32,000 nucleotides of DNA from Nitrosospira multiformis ATCC 25196 (GTDB lineage: Bacteria; Pseudomonadota; Gammaproteobacteria; Burkholderiales; Nitrosomonadaceae). The notes under the pieces were generated by a model. That model ran no database searches and was not told the DNA's origin. It saw only the letters and a list, made by a program, of their open reading frames with translations. Of the stretch, positions 19,161 through 28,337 are shown in pieces. The DNA lies in assembly GCF_000196355.1 (NCBI RefSeq), contig NC_007614.1:2790001-2822000 (forward strand), given 5' to 3'. The position numbers were made by a program, and so were the translations under genes. Position 1 is the first letter of the stretch, and each line of letters begins with the position of its first letter.

Positions 19161-19539
19161 GGCAGCACCTCCGCCATAAGTGAATCACATTTGATCCTAT
19201 TCGTGAATCATGAAATTAATAGGTCCTGAACCTAAAGCCGCTGGGGAGCGCCTCTACCGTCGAGGTGAGCGGATGGACAAAATAAGGCTTGATGTAATAC
19301 ATCAGCTCGGAGGGAGCCAACTGCGATCGCACGTTGATCGCAATGCGGTAGTGGGTCCCGGCCTCCTCGACAATATGAATCTGATAGTGGGGGGATGATC
19401 CCGAACCTAAACGGCGACCTATTGCCCTGCCTTTCAGAACACCATAATTATTGAGCGGCATATTCTTCTCCACGGTTTATTCAGTGATCTGCTTGTTCAG
19501 CATAGCTGCAAACCCAGCCATCCGCTCTTCGGACAACAT

Positions 19540-20811
19540 TTACCATCTCAACCGCAGGTAGCCTTCTGTTTGATTAAAATTGAAGCGTAGTCGATTCATC
19601 CCACGCCGGATCGGGAACTGCCTGGGCGACGGCTTGAACGGTCCGGCGGCTGAACGGGACTGCTCGATTCGAAGCCGTGTTTCGCGTGGCGAGAAAATGC
19701 GTAATTCGAACTGCCCGGTGCGGATTTCCCGTAACTCCGGCGCAAATGGCCGTGCGAGCGGCTCTCCTATGAAGACGCCTTCTCCCGGCCATGCCACGCT
19801 CTTCCAGTAGGCTTCGAGGGCGCTTGCACCAAGCGCGTAATGAAACATGGCAATAGCGGGAAAAGGAAATTTCTGCATATGGCTGCAAGGTTCCACCACT
19901 GTGCCGTAACTGGCCGTGGCTCCCGCTTCAAGCCATTGCAGGCTGCTCATCTGGCTTGAGCCTGTAAGCTGCCCTCCCGCCGAGGTCAAATGATCCGCCA
20001 ATGCACCCGGCAAAAAATCCAGCGTGTCGAGCTGCGGTACCCGGACCAGTCCCGTGAAGTAAAATAGAACGTCGTGCCGGTCGGTAATAGCATCCGTTTC
20101 AAGAATCTCGATGGGAAAAACACCGTTCAGTTGCTGCGCCGTCATTTCGAAATAATTCGCGCGCACGCTTCGCGCCTTGTCAGAAGTAATGACAAGATAG
20201 GCGTGTCCCGCGGGGAAAGTGTGATCAGCCGCCACGCCACGATCGATCAGCGATTTGACCTGTTCGAAATCGAGCCCCGCCAACATCATCGCCGGCCTCA
20301 ACTGGTGGTCACTGGCAGGATGATGACTCGGCGAATTGAAATAGGGACTGGCGGCAGTTGCGCCGCAATTAAAGGAACAATACTTTTCGTCGAACCCGAA
20401 AGCCAGCGCGGAAGTCAGCGACATGCAATCCACCCGGTAGGGAAGAGTCCAGGCCACTGCGTAGGCCTGGACGTGCGCCGGCACCTTCTGGTCTATCTCG
20501 GCTTTCAGTTCCTGAAACTCCTCCCGCGACAGTGCAGCTCGACCGGGAGGAAACTGTAAATGGATCATATTGGACGCCGGAATGCCGCGTGCCTCGCGGT
20601 AGTACTGTCCAATCTGCACTGAAAGAGGGTCGCTGTCATTGATGATGACGGCGACGTCGCCAGGGGTAAGGCTGGTTTGCGGCAACTGGACGTGCGTTTC
20701 GGCCTTGCCTGCCGATGGAAGCAATAACAGCATGACAAGTGAAGTGACGACAAGGAGCGCAATCCGCATTGTCAGAAGAAAGCTGGATTTGCTACCGGCG
20801 GCGCGCTGCAT
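19540..20811 (-). CDS. TIGR03790-type secreted protein of unknown function
   Basis: VQLPQTSLTPGDVAVIINDSDPLSVQIGQYYREARGIPASNMIHLQFP; AVAWTLPYRVDCMSLTSALAFGF; predicted signal sequence. Start codon uncertain (MRIALLVV... also possible). Confidence 0.75.
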   Translation of the reverse strand: MQRAAGSKSSFLLTMRIALLVVTSLVMLLLLPSAGKAETHVQLPQTSLTPGDVAVIINDSDPLSVQIGQYYREARGIPASNMIHLQFPPGRAALSREEFQELKAEIDQKVPAHVQAYAVAWTLPYRVDCMSLTSALAFGFDEKYCSFNCGATAASPYFNSPSHHPASDHQLRPAMMLAGLDFEQVKSLIDRGVAADHTFPAGHAYLVITSDKARSVRANYFEMTAQQLNGVFPIEILETDAITDRHDVLFYFTGLVRVPQLDTLDFLPGALADHLTSAGGQLTGSSQMSSLQWLEAGATASYGTVVEPCSHMQKFPFPAIAMFHYALGASALEAYWKSVAWPGEGVFIGEPLARPFAPELREIRTGQFELRIFSPRETRLRIEQSRSAAGPFKPSPRQFPIRRGMNRLRFNFNQTEGYLRLRW

Positions 20812-20936
20812 CTCTCTGGGTCAGGCGCACTATCCGCGGCACCGGCAGGCGGAAAAGCATCCCAGGAAACCAATGTCCCGAAAAGGGGATCAGAGAGGGA
20901 TTATTATTCCTTATTGCATCCATACGTTTCATCCTT

Positions 20937-22091
20937 ATGCATCATAATGATTCGAGAAGAACAGGTCTACCTTCCATGCTTTCACTCCATGATCTTCTTC
21001 ACCGGCAGGTTCCTCGAGTTCCGGTAACGAAGCTGCTGGTGTCGACCAACCTGCTGATCTTTGTAGCCATGCTTGCCAGCGGAGCAGGCTTGTGGCACTC
21101 ATCCAATGGCGTACAACTCGCCTGGGGCGCCAACTTCGGTCCCGCTACCCAGGATGGGGAGTGGTGGCGCCTCGGGACCGCCATGTTCCTTCATTTTGGC
21201 CTGGTCCATCTCACCTTGAACCTCTGGGCGCTCTGGGATGCAGGCCAACTGGTTGAGCGCATGTACGGGCACGCGCGCTTTACCGCCCTCTACTTTGCCA
21301 GCGGTCTTGCCGGCAATCTGCTCTCGCTGGTTGCCCATAAAGGCTTGGCCATTTCCGGCGGCGCTTCGGGCGCCATTTTCGGCCTATATGGCGCCCTGCT
21401 GGTATTTCTCTGGCGCGAGCGCGGCAGGCTGCATCCCCACGAGTTCCGATGGTTTTTCTGGGGCGCCACGGCTTTTGCAATTGTCAGCCTTGGGCTGGGC
21501 CTCGCAATTACCGGTATCGATAACGCTGCTCATATCGGCGGTTTCGTGACCGGTCTGCTCGGCGGAATAGTATTTGCAAACCCAAGGATGAACGAAAAGC
21601 CTTCTCATGTATTCAGCAGCCGCCTTTCCGCTATAAGCATTCTTGCACTGGCCGTCTTCATGCTGATCGTTCGGATTCCCCCTCCCGCCTATAAGTGGAG
21701 CGAGGAAGTATTGGCGCGCAAGGAAATCGGCAATTTTCTGCGCGATGACCGGGCGATCACCCAGGCTTGGCAGCATATACTCGATGAGGCCAGGCGAGGA
21801 GGAATCTCCTTTGACGAACTGGCGGGGCAAATCGATACTGCGGTGGGTAATCCCTATGAAGAAAGCTTCGAGCAGCTTTCGGAACTTCCCCCTGATCCCG
21901 CATTGCCTTCTGCCGCTACGGTAGAAATGCTGCGAGACTACGCCGAACGCCGGAGGGATGCGTCCCGCGCCCTTGCGGAAGGTCTGCGCACTCACAATCC
22001 CGCGCAAATCCGCCACGCGCTGGAAATGGCGAGGGAGCCGCTCCAGCTGCCCAAGCTCTCCCCGCCAACCCCGTCCGCCCTACCCCGCTGA
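20937..22091 (+). CDS. Rhomboid-family intramembrane serine protease
   Basis: GEWWRLGTAMFLHFGLVHLTLNLWALWDAG; ISGGASGAIFGLYGA (catalytic GxSG); NAAHIGGFVTGLLGG (catalytic His). Start uncertain: 20937 or 20976. Confidence 0.92.
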   Translation: MHHNDSRRTGLPSMLSLHDLLHRQVPRVPVTKLLVSTNLLIFVAMLASGAGLWHSSNGVQLAWGANFGPATQDGEWWRLGTAMFLHFGLVHLTLNLWALWDAGQLVERMYGHARFTALYFASGLAGNLLSLVAHKGLAISGGASGAIFGLYGALLVFLWRERGRLHPHEFRWFFWGATAFAIVSLGLGLAITGIDNAAHIGGFVTGLLGGIVFANPRMNEKPSHVFSSRLSAISILALAVFMLIVRIPPPAYKWSEEVLARKEIGNFLRDDRAITQAWQHILDEARRGGISFDELAGQIDTAVGNPYEESFEQLSELPPDPALPSAATVEMLRDYAERRRDASRALAEGLRTHNPAQIRHALEMAREPLQLPKLSPPTPSALPR

Positions 22092-22304
22092 CGCCGCCCG
22101 ATCCCGCATTTCGCGGAGATATCTTCTCTGGTTATCCTCCCGGCCATTTGTCATGCAACTCGTCTGGCACGTCCTTTCTTGACATGCGCAGCTTATAGAC
22201 TAAGGTTAAAAGAATAAACAAAATTCAAAGTCAGCAGTTATCCCATTCAGTCTCGTAAAGAAGGAAACATCCTCAAGGGCCGGGAATAAATTAACAACAG
22301 CAGC

Positions 22305-23078
22305 GTGCTGCCCAGCTCGGAGGCGGTCATCAGCCCGCAGTCCGAAGCCGGTTTTCGCCCATTGTTCGAGGGTACGGATAAAACCTTCAAGGAATGGTAC
22401 CTTGCCGGCCCGGGAGGTGGAGGCATGCTTCATTTGAATGGTGAAATGGTAAGTTACGGGAGGGGCGGACTGAGGCTTTTTTATTACGCCAAGGAAGTCT
22501 TCAGCGATTTTACATTGCGCCTCCAGTTCCGTATCTTCGACACCGCGAACCATAACAGTAGCGTCTTCATTCGCTTCCCGCGTCCGACACTTGAACTTGC
22601 GGATGCGCTCAAAACCCGTATCCCGAATGAACCGTTCTTCGATGCAGGCAATGCGGCCTGGAGGCCAGTCGTAGCGGGCTTTGAGGTTCAGATCGATGAC
22701 AACGCGCGCGGCGACTCGGGTAAGGATTTCCATGGAATCAAGCCTGAGCCTGATGGCCTGTTCAAAAACCGGACGGGTGCCATATACAAGATTCAAGCCG
22801 GCGATCGCGTCTGGCACCTGAACTTCAACGAGCCTGCCGTACAGAATTACACCCCCGGGCCCGCGCTTGTTCCGGGTGTCTGGTTCGAATACGAGATCGA
22901 GGTACATGGCAATAACTATACGGTTTTTCTAACCAATATCCAGACCGGCGTACGACAGCAGACCACCTCATTTGCCAATACCGATGGAGAGCGTGGTGGG
23001 GCCCCAGGCTTCATCGGGATACAGGTATATCCAGGCAGTACCCTCGCCTGGCGACATATACGCATCAAGACACCTTGA
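22305..23078 (+). CDS. DUF1080 / 3-keto-disaccharide hydrolase-like (LamG-like) protein
   Basis: FRPLFEGTDKTFKEWYLAG...NGEMVSYG.GGLRLFYYAKEVFSDFTLRLQFRI..NHNSSVFIRFP; GIHGIK-like DFHGIKPEPDGL; GFIGIQVY...RHIRIK. GTG start with in-frame stop just upstream, so N-terminus uncertain. Confidence 0.8.
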   Translation: MLPSSEAVISPQSEAGFRPLFEGTDKTFKEWYLAGPGGGGMLHLNGEMVSYGRGGLRLFYYAKEVFSDFTLRLQFRIFDTANHNSSVFIRFPRPTLELADALKTRIPNEPFFDAGNAAWRPVVAGFEVQIDDNARGDSGKDFHGIKPEPDGLFKNRTGAIYKIQAGDRVWHLNFNEPAVQNYTPGPALVPGVWFEYEIEVHGNNYTVFLTNIQTGVRQQTTSFANTDGERGGAPGFIGIQVYPGSTLAWRHIRIKTP

Positions 23079-23331
23079 AAGCATTGTGCAAGGCTCCAAT
23101 GGTCTTGACTGGCAGAATCAACACGGGAGGAAATCACAACCGATTCCTTCCGGAGATCAAGGGCAGAAAAATTCCCCAATCCGGTTCAAGCCGATTTCCA
23201 GGAGAACTGAGGTGTTGAGGTACTTCTGATGAACTGTCCCGCCTTTTCCAACTGGAGTCCAAGAGGAATAATTAACAGAGCTATCTTTCAGCGGACTTCA
23301 CAAGCCACCCATTCAAGGAGGAGGAATCACG

Positions 23332-24252
23332 ATGTCTTATCCAGGGCTTCTTAGGCATTGTCTTATTGCTGCTTCATTGACGCTCGTCGTCGCAATCACT
23401 CACGCCGCGGACACCCGAGCCATCCTGAATACGGCCGAGATCGAGCGGTTGACAGGGCTCAAGGGAACGTACTCCAAGGAGGAAAACGTTTTCAAAGTGT
23501 CCAAGCCACGCACTGACGTAAAGATACAGGTAGATAAATGGCCAATGCCGCCTTTCATGGGCTTGGGCTCATGGGCTGGCTTTGCTCCTGCACAGGATGA
23601 CCAGGTCGTAATGATGGGCGATACCGTGCTGTTCGAGGATGAGGTCAATCCTGCGATAAGCGCGGCTTTCGAGGCGGGGCTGGAAGTAACTGGCTTGCAC
23701 AATCATTTTTTCTTTGATGAACCCAAGGTGTATTTCATGCACATCGGTGGCAGGGGAAGCGCTGCTGAACTTTCGGCCGGGGTAAAGAAGATTTATGACA
23801 AGGTCGCTGAAATCCGCGCTGTCCAGCCTGTTCCCTCTTCACGGTTTCCCAAGACAATCCCGCAGGAGAACAAGATTTCCCCTCAGCCTCTGGAACAAAT
23901 CCTGGACATGAAAGGAACTTCGAAAGATGGCATGTTTAAAGTTGTCATCGGCCGCCCCGCCACCATTCATGGGGTATCAGTGGGAAAAGAAATGGGTATA
24001 AACACATGGGCGGCCTTTGCGGGCAGCGATAGCGAGGCAGTGGTGGATGGGGATTTCGTCATGCTCCCCGATGAAATGCAGACTGTCTTGAGAACAATGC
24101 GAGAAGGCGACATAAATATTGTAGCAATTCATCAACACATGACGCATGAGCAGCCCCATCACTTATTCATGCACTACTGGGGCAAAGGCAATGCAGCCGA
24201 TCTGGCAAAAACCATCAGGAAAGCCCTGGATGCACAGGCGCATCACAAATAA
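23332..24252 (+). CDS. DUF1259-family secreted protein
   Basis: Strong AGGAGGAGG upstream; signal peptide LIAASLTLVVAITHAAD; duplicated module with GLEVTGLHNHFFFDEPKVYFMHIGG and INIVAIHQHMTHEQPHHLFMHYWGKG. Confidence 0.85.
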   Translation: MSYPGLLRHCLIAASLTLVVAITHAADTRAILNTAEIERLTGLKGTYSKEENVFKVSKPRTDVKIQVDKWPMPPFMGLGSWAGFAPAQDDQVVMMGDTVLFEDEVNPAISAAFEAGLEVTGLHNHFFFDEPKVYFMHIGGRGSAAELSAGVKKIYDKVAEIRAVQPVPSSRFPKTIPQENKISPQPLEQILDMKGTSKDGMFKVVIGRPATIHGVSVGKEMGINTWAAFAGSDSEAVVDGDFVMLPDEMQTVLRTMREGDINIVAIHQHMTHEQPHHLFMHYWGKGNAADLAKTIRKALDAQAHHK

Positions 24253-24267
24253 CCGGCAAAAGGCAAT

Positions 24268-26244
24268 CTACGCGTCACTTTGTTTGCCCGTGCGGGTTTT
24301 AGTGACTTTGAAATGATCCGGCAACCACTTTATGCCGGATAGTACCTGCTCCGCCTGCCGCACCAGGTCGCCTTTCTTGAGTCCATTCATGCTCCGTGCA
24401 TGTTCGGGCGAAACCGCTTGCGCCACAATCGCAAGGAGCCGGTCTTTGCTGACGTGGGACAAATAGCTCTCCCCTGTCGCTTCCCACCAGTCGGCCATGT
24501 CCAGATTCAAGGCGGTCATGAGTGCAGTTACATCCTGTGGCGGTGTGCTTTCCCGTTCCGACACCGTATTGACCGAAACCGCCGTGCAGAAAGCCAGCAG
24601 ATCCAGAAGGTCTTGCTGCGACTGCTCCAGTAGCCACCCAAACAGGGTCATGCCGCCCCGCCCTGCCGCATCGATACGCTTCTGCCATTGCCGGCGCTTT
24701 TTTGCAAGTGCGGTCGCTGCCTTGCTCTGCTCAATACCCTCCGCATCCGGCTTGACACGGGTTTCCTCGATGCTGATCTGCAGGACAGGATTTGACGCGG
24801 AATCATTTGAGAAAATCTGTACCGCCATCCGGTGCACGAGGGCGGCGAGCGCAACTTCCGGCCGGTTCGTCATGGCTGCCTGCACGGCGGCCGTGCGATG
24901 CACGGTCAGCATGCGGGTCAGCTTCTCCGAATGGACCGGCTTCTCGCCACCGGCTCCTTCAATCGCTGCCGCTTCCCGCTCCCCTGACTCTCCCGGTTCA
25001 TTTTGTTCCCTCGATTCCCTTGGTTCTTTTGATTCCTTTGATTCCTTCGGTTGCTTCCTCATGTCCTCCTTGCGGATGAGGCCCCGCTCGATACGGAGCT
25101 TGCCTTCGTGGTCGACGGTGGCAATGGCTCCTGCAATTGCAAGATCGTCCGGATAAATTTCCTCCAGCGATTCGGCAAGCTTCGTCAGTTCGTCCCGAAT
25201 GCGCTCCGCTTTTTTCTTTTTCTCTATTGATTTGTAGAGTTCTCCTGTGCTGCCCCGCTCCTCATCGGATCCATCATATCCGGCCTCGATGGCTTCCAGT
25301 TCCGCTTCCAGCGCATCCATCCTGGCCTGCTCCGCCGAAGTCGGCTCGCGTCTGACTATCCGCATCTGCGAGAATTCGGCCCTGTCTGAATAGTCGAAGG
25401 TGGTGCGAACCTGTACCCACGCATATCCTTTCTCCTTCAGCGGCTCGACCGCCTGATTGAGTTTCTCCAGGGCAAGCGACTCGAGCAATTCAGCATCCTG
25501 CATATAACCGTCGTCCTCCTCCCCGAAAAGATCACGACGTATCACGCCTCCTGCGGCCTCGTATTCCTCTACTCCGACGAATCTGGCAAGCGGGCTCGTC
25601 CTTATGTTGATCTCGGTTTCGGTGATGAGCCGCCGGAAGGTTGCGCCGTTGCGCTGGTATTCCGGCGTGTTGTCCCAGAGCCGCTCCTGCAATTCGTGGT
25701 CGTCGGTGAGCGCCAAGGCTGTTATCTGCTCGAAGCTCATCCTGTCTTCGGCATACAGCGCGAAAATCCTGGGGGAGACCTTGGTCAGCTTGAGGTAACG
25801 CCTGACGGTCAGCGGAGAGACGCCAAAGCGCGGGGCAATCTCATCCAGCGCAAATCCCGCATCTATCAGGCTGCGATAGGCCATAACGAGATCGGCAGGA
25901 TGCATGTGCTCCCGCCCACTGTTCTCGGACAGGCTTATTTCCAGCGCCTCTTTGTGCTCGACCACCCGGCAATCCACCTCATGGTCTTTCGACAGGCGCC
26001 TATCGGCTACCAGCAGGTTCAAGGCGGCCAGCCTGCGGCCGCCGGCAATCACTTCATACTTGCCGCTTTTCCTGCCCTTTTTCTGCTGCACGGTAACGAC
26101 CAGGTTGTGGATCAATCCCTGCGAAGCGATCAGAGCGGCCAATTCTTCGATGCCGGTTCCCTGCTTCTTGCGAACATTCAGGGGGGAGATGACAAGTTTT
26201 TTTATCGGAATGCGGACAAGACCGGTTTCGATGGTTTCCATCAT
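24268..26244 (-). CDS. ParB/RepB/Spo0J-family protein (large, plasmid/accessory type)
   Basis: VRIPIKKLVISPLNVRK; YEVIAGGRRLAAL; SLSENSGREHMHPADLVMAYRSLIDAG; FGVSPLTVRRYLKL. 658 aa with an acidic/basic low-complexity linker. Confidence 0.9.
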   Translation of the reverse strand: MMETIETGLVRIPIKKLVISPLNVRKKQGTGIEELAALIASQGLIHNLVVTVQQKKGRKSGKYEVIAGGRRLAALNLLVADRRLSKDHEVDCRVVEHKEALEISLSENSGREHMHPADLVMAYRSLIDAGFALDEIAPRFGVSPLTVRRYLKLTKVSPRIFALYAEDRMSFEQITALALTDDHELQERLWDNTPEYQRNGATFRRLITETEINIRTSPLARFVGVEEYEAAGGVIRRDLFGEEDDGYMQDAELLESLALEKLNQAVEPLKEKGYAWVQVRTTFDYSDRAEFSQMRIVRREPTSAEQARMDALEAELEAIEAGYDGSDEERGSTGELYKSIEKKKKAERIRDELTKLAESLEEIYPDDLAIAGAIATVDHEGKLRIERGLIRKEDMRKQPKESKESKEPRESREQNEPGESGEREAAAIEGAGGEKPVHSEKLTRMLTVHRTAAVQAAMTNRPEVALAALVHRMAVQIFSNDSASNPVLQISIEETRVKPDAEGIEQSKAATALAKKRRQWQKRIDAAGRGGMTLFGWLLEQSQQDLLDLLAFCTAVSVNTVSERESTPPQDVTALMTALNLDMADWWEATGESYLSHVSKDRLLAIVAQAVSPEHARSMNGLKKGDLVRQAEQVLSGIKWLPDHFKVTKTRTGKQSDA

Positions 26245-26429
26245 GGTTCTCCTAGGAATGCTTAATAAAACGGAAAAGAAAAGCCGGTGGTATCAGTGTT
26301 ATCAAGCACTGGCTCGGCATTAATGAGCTTCGGCAAAAGGAATGCCATCACGCCGTGACCCGCTTCCGTAATAATCCAGAACGTATTATCCCTGAATCCT
26401 TCCGTGTTCCCGAAATGGTTTTATCTTAT

Positions 26430-26700
26430 CCTCTTTGGCACGCCCCTTTCGACAGTCGTGCAAAGTTATGTTGATGATGCCGCCATTTATCTGAGTCCGA
26501 GTCCCCGAAATATCGAGGCGCGCCAGAAAATTCGCTAGAAGAGCCTGAACATCGCATCGTGGCAACGAAACGCTACGACCGGATCATTATCATTGCCCAT
26601 AGCCTCGGGAGCATGATCGGATACGATATTCTAAATTTCGCTGGGCAGCGTCATAATAAGGAGATTCGCGCCGGGATCAGCGCGAAATGGCTAAAAGAGA
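26430..26700 (+). pseudogene. Decayed alpha/beta-hydrolase fragment
   Basis: One frame reads FGTPLSTVVQSYVDDAAIYLSPSPRNIEARQKIR then a stop; another frame continues KRYDRIIIIAHSLGSMIGYDILNFAGQRHNK (nucleophile motif AHSLGS). No intact start or complete domain. Boundaries approximate. Confidence 0.6.
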
Positions 26701-27364
26701 GATACCCGACTGCAAGGCGACTGCTATTGAGCATGCCAAAACCTCAGCGATTTCTTGACACTCGGCAATCCGCTAGCGCACGGCGCCATGCGGCTGGGCG
26801 AAAGACCCCGAGGACTTCAAGCGGCGTGTCGAGGAACATGAGCCTCCCCTCTGCCCACCCGAATTGGACTCGAACGGGAAATTCTCTTTGAGCAATAAAG
26901 GTAAGGACGGACAGGACCGGCAGCAGAAAGCAGTTGGGCTAAACCAGGTGGCAGGGTTCGCTGCCGTAAACCGGACGAACCTCTATTTATGAAACAACAA
27001 AAACTATCGCTGCGCTATCTTTGCTGGGGTGGGGGGCATCCCCTGTTGGACTCAGCAGGCCACTGCCATCCAGAATGCATGCACGCCTTTGGAAATACAA
27101 GACATCAATAATTTGATACTTTGTGCAGAAGAGGCTTTGGTAACAGGTGGGGCGAGTGATTTCAGGGAAATATGAGATTCAACGCGCAACAGCCCCAACC
27201 AATGCTCTGGATAACAGCGCGTACATCCCGGGCCAGGAGGGGCTGGCATGCCAATATTTTCCACGACCCGGATTTACGATCACCGCAAGACTCGAGCAGA
27301 GGATAGCCTGACATTCAGGGTGAGTTACTGAAAACCAGCCTTATCCTGTATCCTTGGTTGTAGT

Positions 27365-27778
27365 TCACATTGCCGGGCTTTGGCGGTCGGATGCGGCATG
27401 GTTTTCATCAAGTTTCGATGCCATTTGACGATGCAAAGCGGCTTCTTTCATGTCGGCTGCGACGGTCTGCTCGTGACGACGTATTAATGCTGCAGTATGC
27501 GATTGCAGGTCCTGAGCCTGCCTGCCATAAAGATAGCTTTTATTCTTATATTGCTCCAGCAACTCCTTTTCTTCCTTCACTTTTGCCTGCATTTGCATAG
27601 CGGCATTTTCATAATATTTCGCTACAGCCTCATGATCGCCCGGAGTCGTGGCTTTCTGGATAGCTGCACGAATCTCAGGGGTGTCAATGGGCTCAGCTGC
27701 AATCGTCAACGAGTTCGTCGAACTCAGCAGGACTGCTATCGATAACACTGCGAAGATATTTCCTGATCTTGTCTTCAT
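27365..27778 (-). CDS. Secreted hypothetical protein, 137 aa, helical
   Basis: MKTRSGNIFAVLSIAVLLSSTNSLTIAAEP signal-like N-terminus followed by Lys/Glu/Gln-rich helical sequence. Confidence 0.65.
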   Translation of the reverse strand: MKTRSGNIFAVLSIAVLLSSTNSLTIAAEPIDTPEIRAAIQKATTPGDHEAVAKYYENAAMQMQAKVKEEKELLEQYKNKSYLYGRQAQDLQSHTAALIRRHEQTVAADMKEAALHRQMASKLDENHAASDRQSPAM

Positions 27779-28231
27779 GATAGTAATGAACCCAAACAGG
27801 ATGAAAGTGAGCTTATCCTATCTCAGTCAACACGCTGCGTATATTGGGGAAACTCTGGTTTTATACTAAGGGAAACCCTTAGAGTGACAAACGTGCCTCA
27901 AGGCGCAGTTTCTAATGAAATCCGCTTTTTCATGGCATCACCAGCTCTTTTTCTGACTCGGCTTATACCCTTCAGGTAAGCCTTTCGGCCACTTCTTGAG
28001 CAAGGCCTCTTGTTTTCCGAATCTTCGTCCATGCCAACTCGGCGCAAGCCGGATTGGCCTCCTTCACTTTCCCCGATTCCTTGGCAGATTTATGCCATGC
28101 ATATACAAAAATGCATAAGAATCATCCTTGTATATTTATATATCATTTAGAATGAACTTTATTTTATGAATGATACTCTAACAAGTACCTGTAAAAAAAC
28201 AGGTATGACTAATTCATTTAAATAGGAGGAT

Positions 28232-28285
28232 ATGACATTGGAGACTTATCGCAAGATAATCGGACAAGGTTCGTATTCAATCTGA
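28232..28285 (+). other. Candidate leader peptide ORF upstream of amoC (17 aa, or 15 aa from TTG at 28238)
   Basis: AGGAGG at 28224..28229 followed by ATG ACA TTG GAG ACT TAT CGC AAG ATA ATC GGA CAA GGT TCG TAT TCA ATC TGA. The SD is only 2 nt from ATG but 8 nt from the in-frame TTG. Confidence 0.3.
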
Positions 28286-28295
28286 TTATCTTTTT

Positions 28296-28337
28296 CTACC
28301 AGCCAAATTTGACTGAATCCTTGAGCTGGTAGTTTTT
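28296..28337 (+). terminator. Terminator/attenuator-like hairpin in the amoC leader
   Basis: CTACCAGC (28296..28303) ... GCTGGTAG (28325..28332), perfect 8-bp inverted repeat followed immediately by TTTTT. Confidence 0.5.

Larger units (their letters stand above)
18390..19232 (-). mobile_element. IS5-family (IS427-group-like) insertion sequence, 843 bp
   Basis: Terminal inverted repeats GGCTCAGGACTCATTAATT (18390..18408) and GGTTCAGGACCTATTAATT (reverse complement of 19214..19232), 16/19 identical; TA target duplication (18388-18389 and 19233-19234); two-ORF DDE transposase inside. Confidence 0.9.
17579..19461 (-). pseudogene. YukJ/DUF2278-family gene with C-terminal lamin-tail-like region, split by an IS5-family insertion (parts 19235..19461 and 17579..18387)
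   Basis: N-part MPLNNYGVLKGRAIGRRLGSGSSPHYQIHIVEEAGTHYRIAINVRSQLAPSELMYYIKP...ALPSGF; C-part SRLASHPGSGALDLIRGNLLQPGMMTPLPHDLPGPDNDLNEKL...FGFLPGNGIHDIHMNQGN...WQDGGVLFHFP. Removing 18388..19232 (845 bp) leaves 1038 bp, exactly 346 codons in one frame. Confidence 0.92.

Noticed and set aside
26865-26895. T-arm-like string (reverse strand CCCGTTCGAGTCCAATTCGGG) suggesting a tRNA fragment or att site
   Set aside because: The bases do not form a proper 5-bp T-stem around the TTCGAGT loop, and no D-arm or anticodon arm is present nearby.
27052-27264. 70-aa minus ORF between the ParB-like gene and the 27.4 kb gene
   Set aside because: No RBS, no family resemblance, sits in decayed intergenic sequence.
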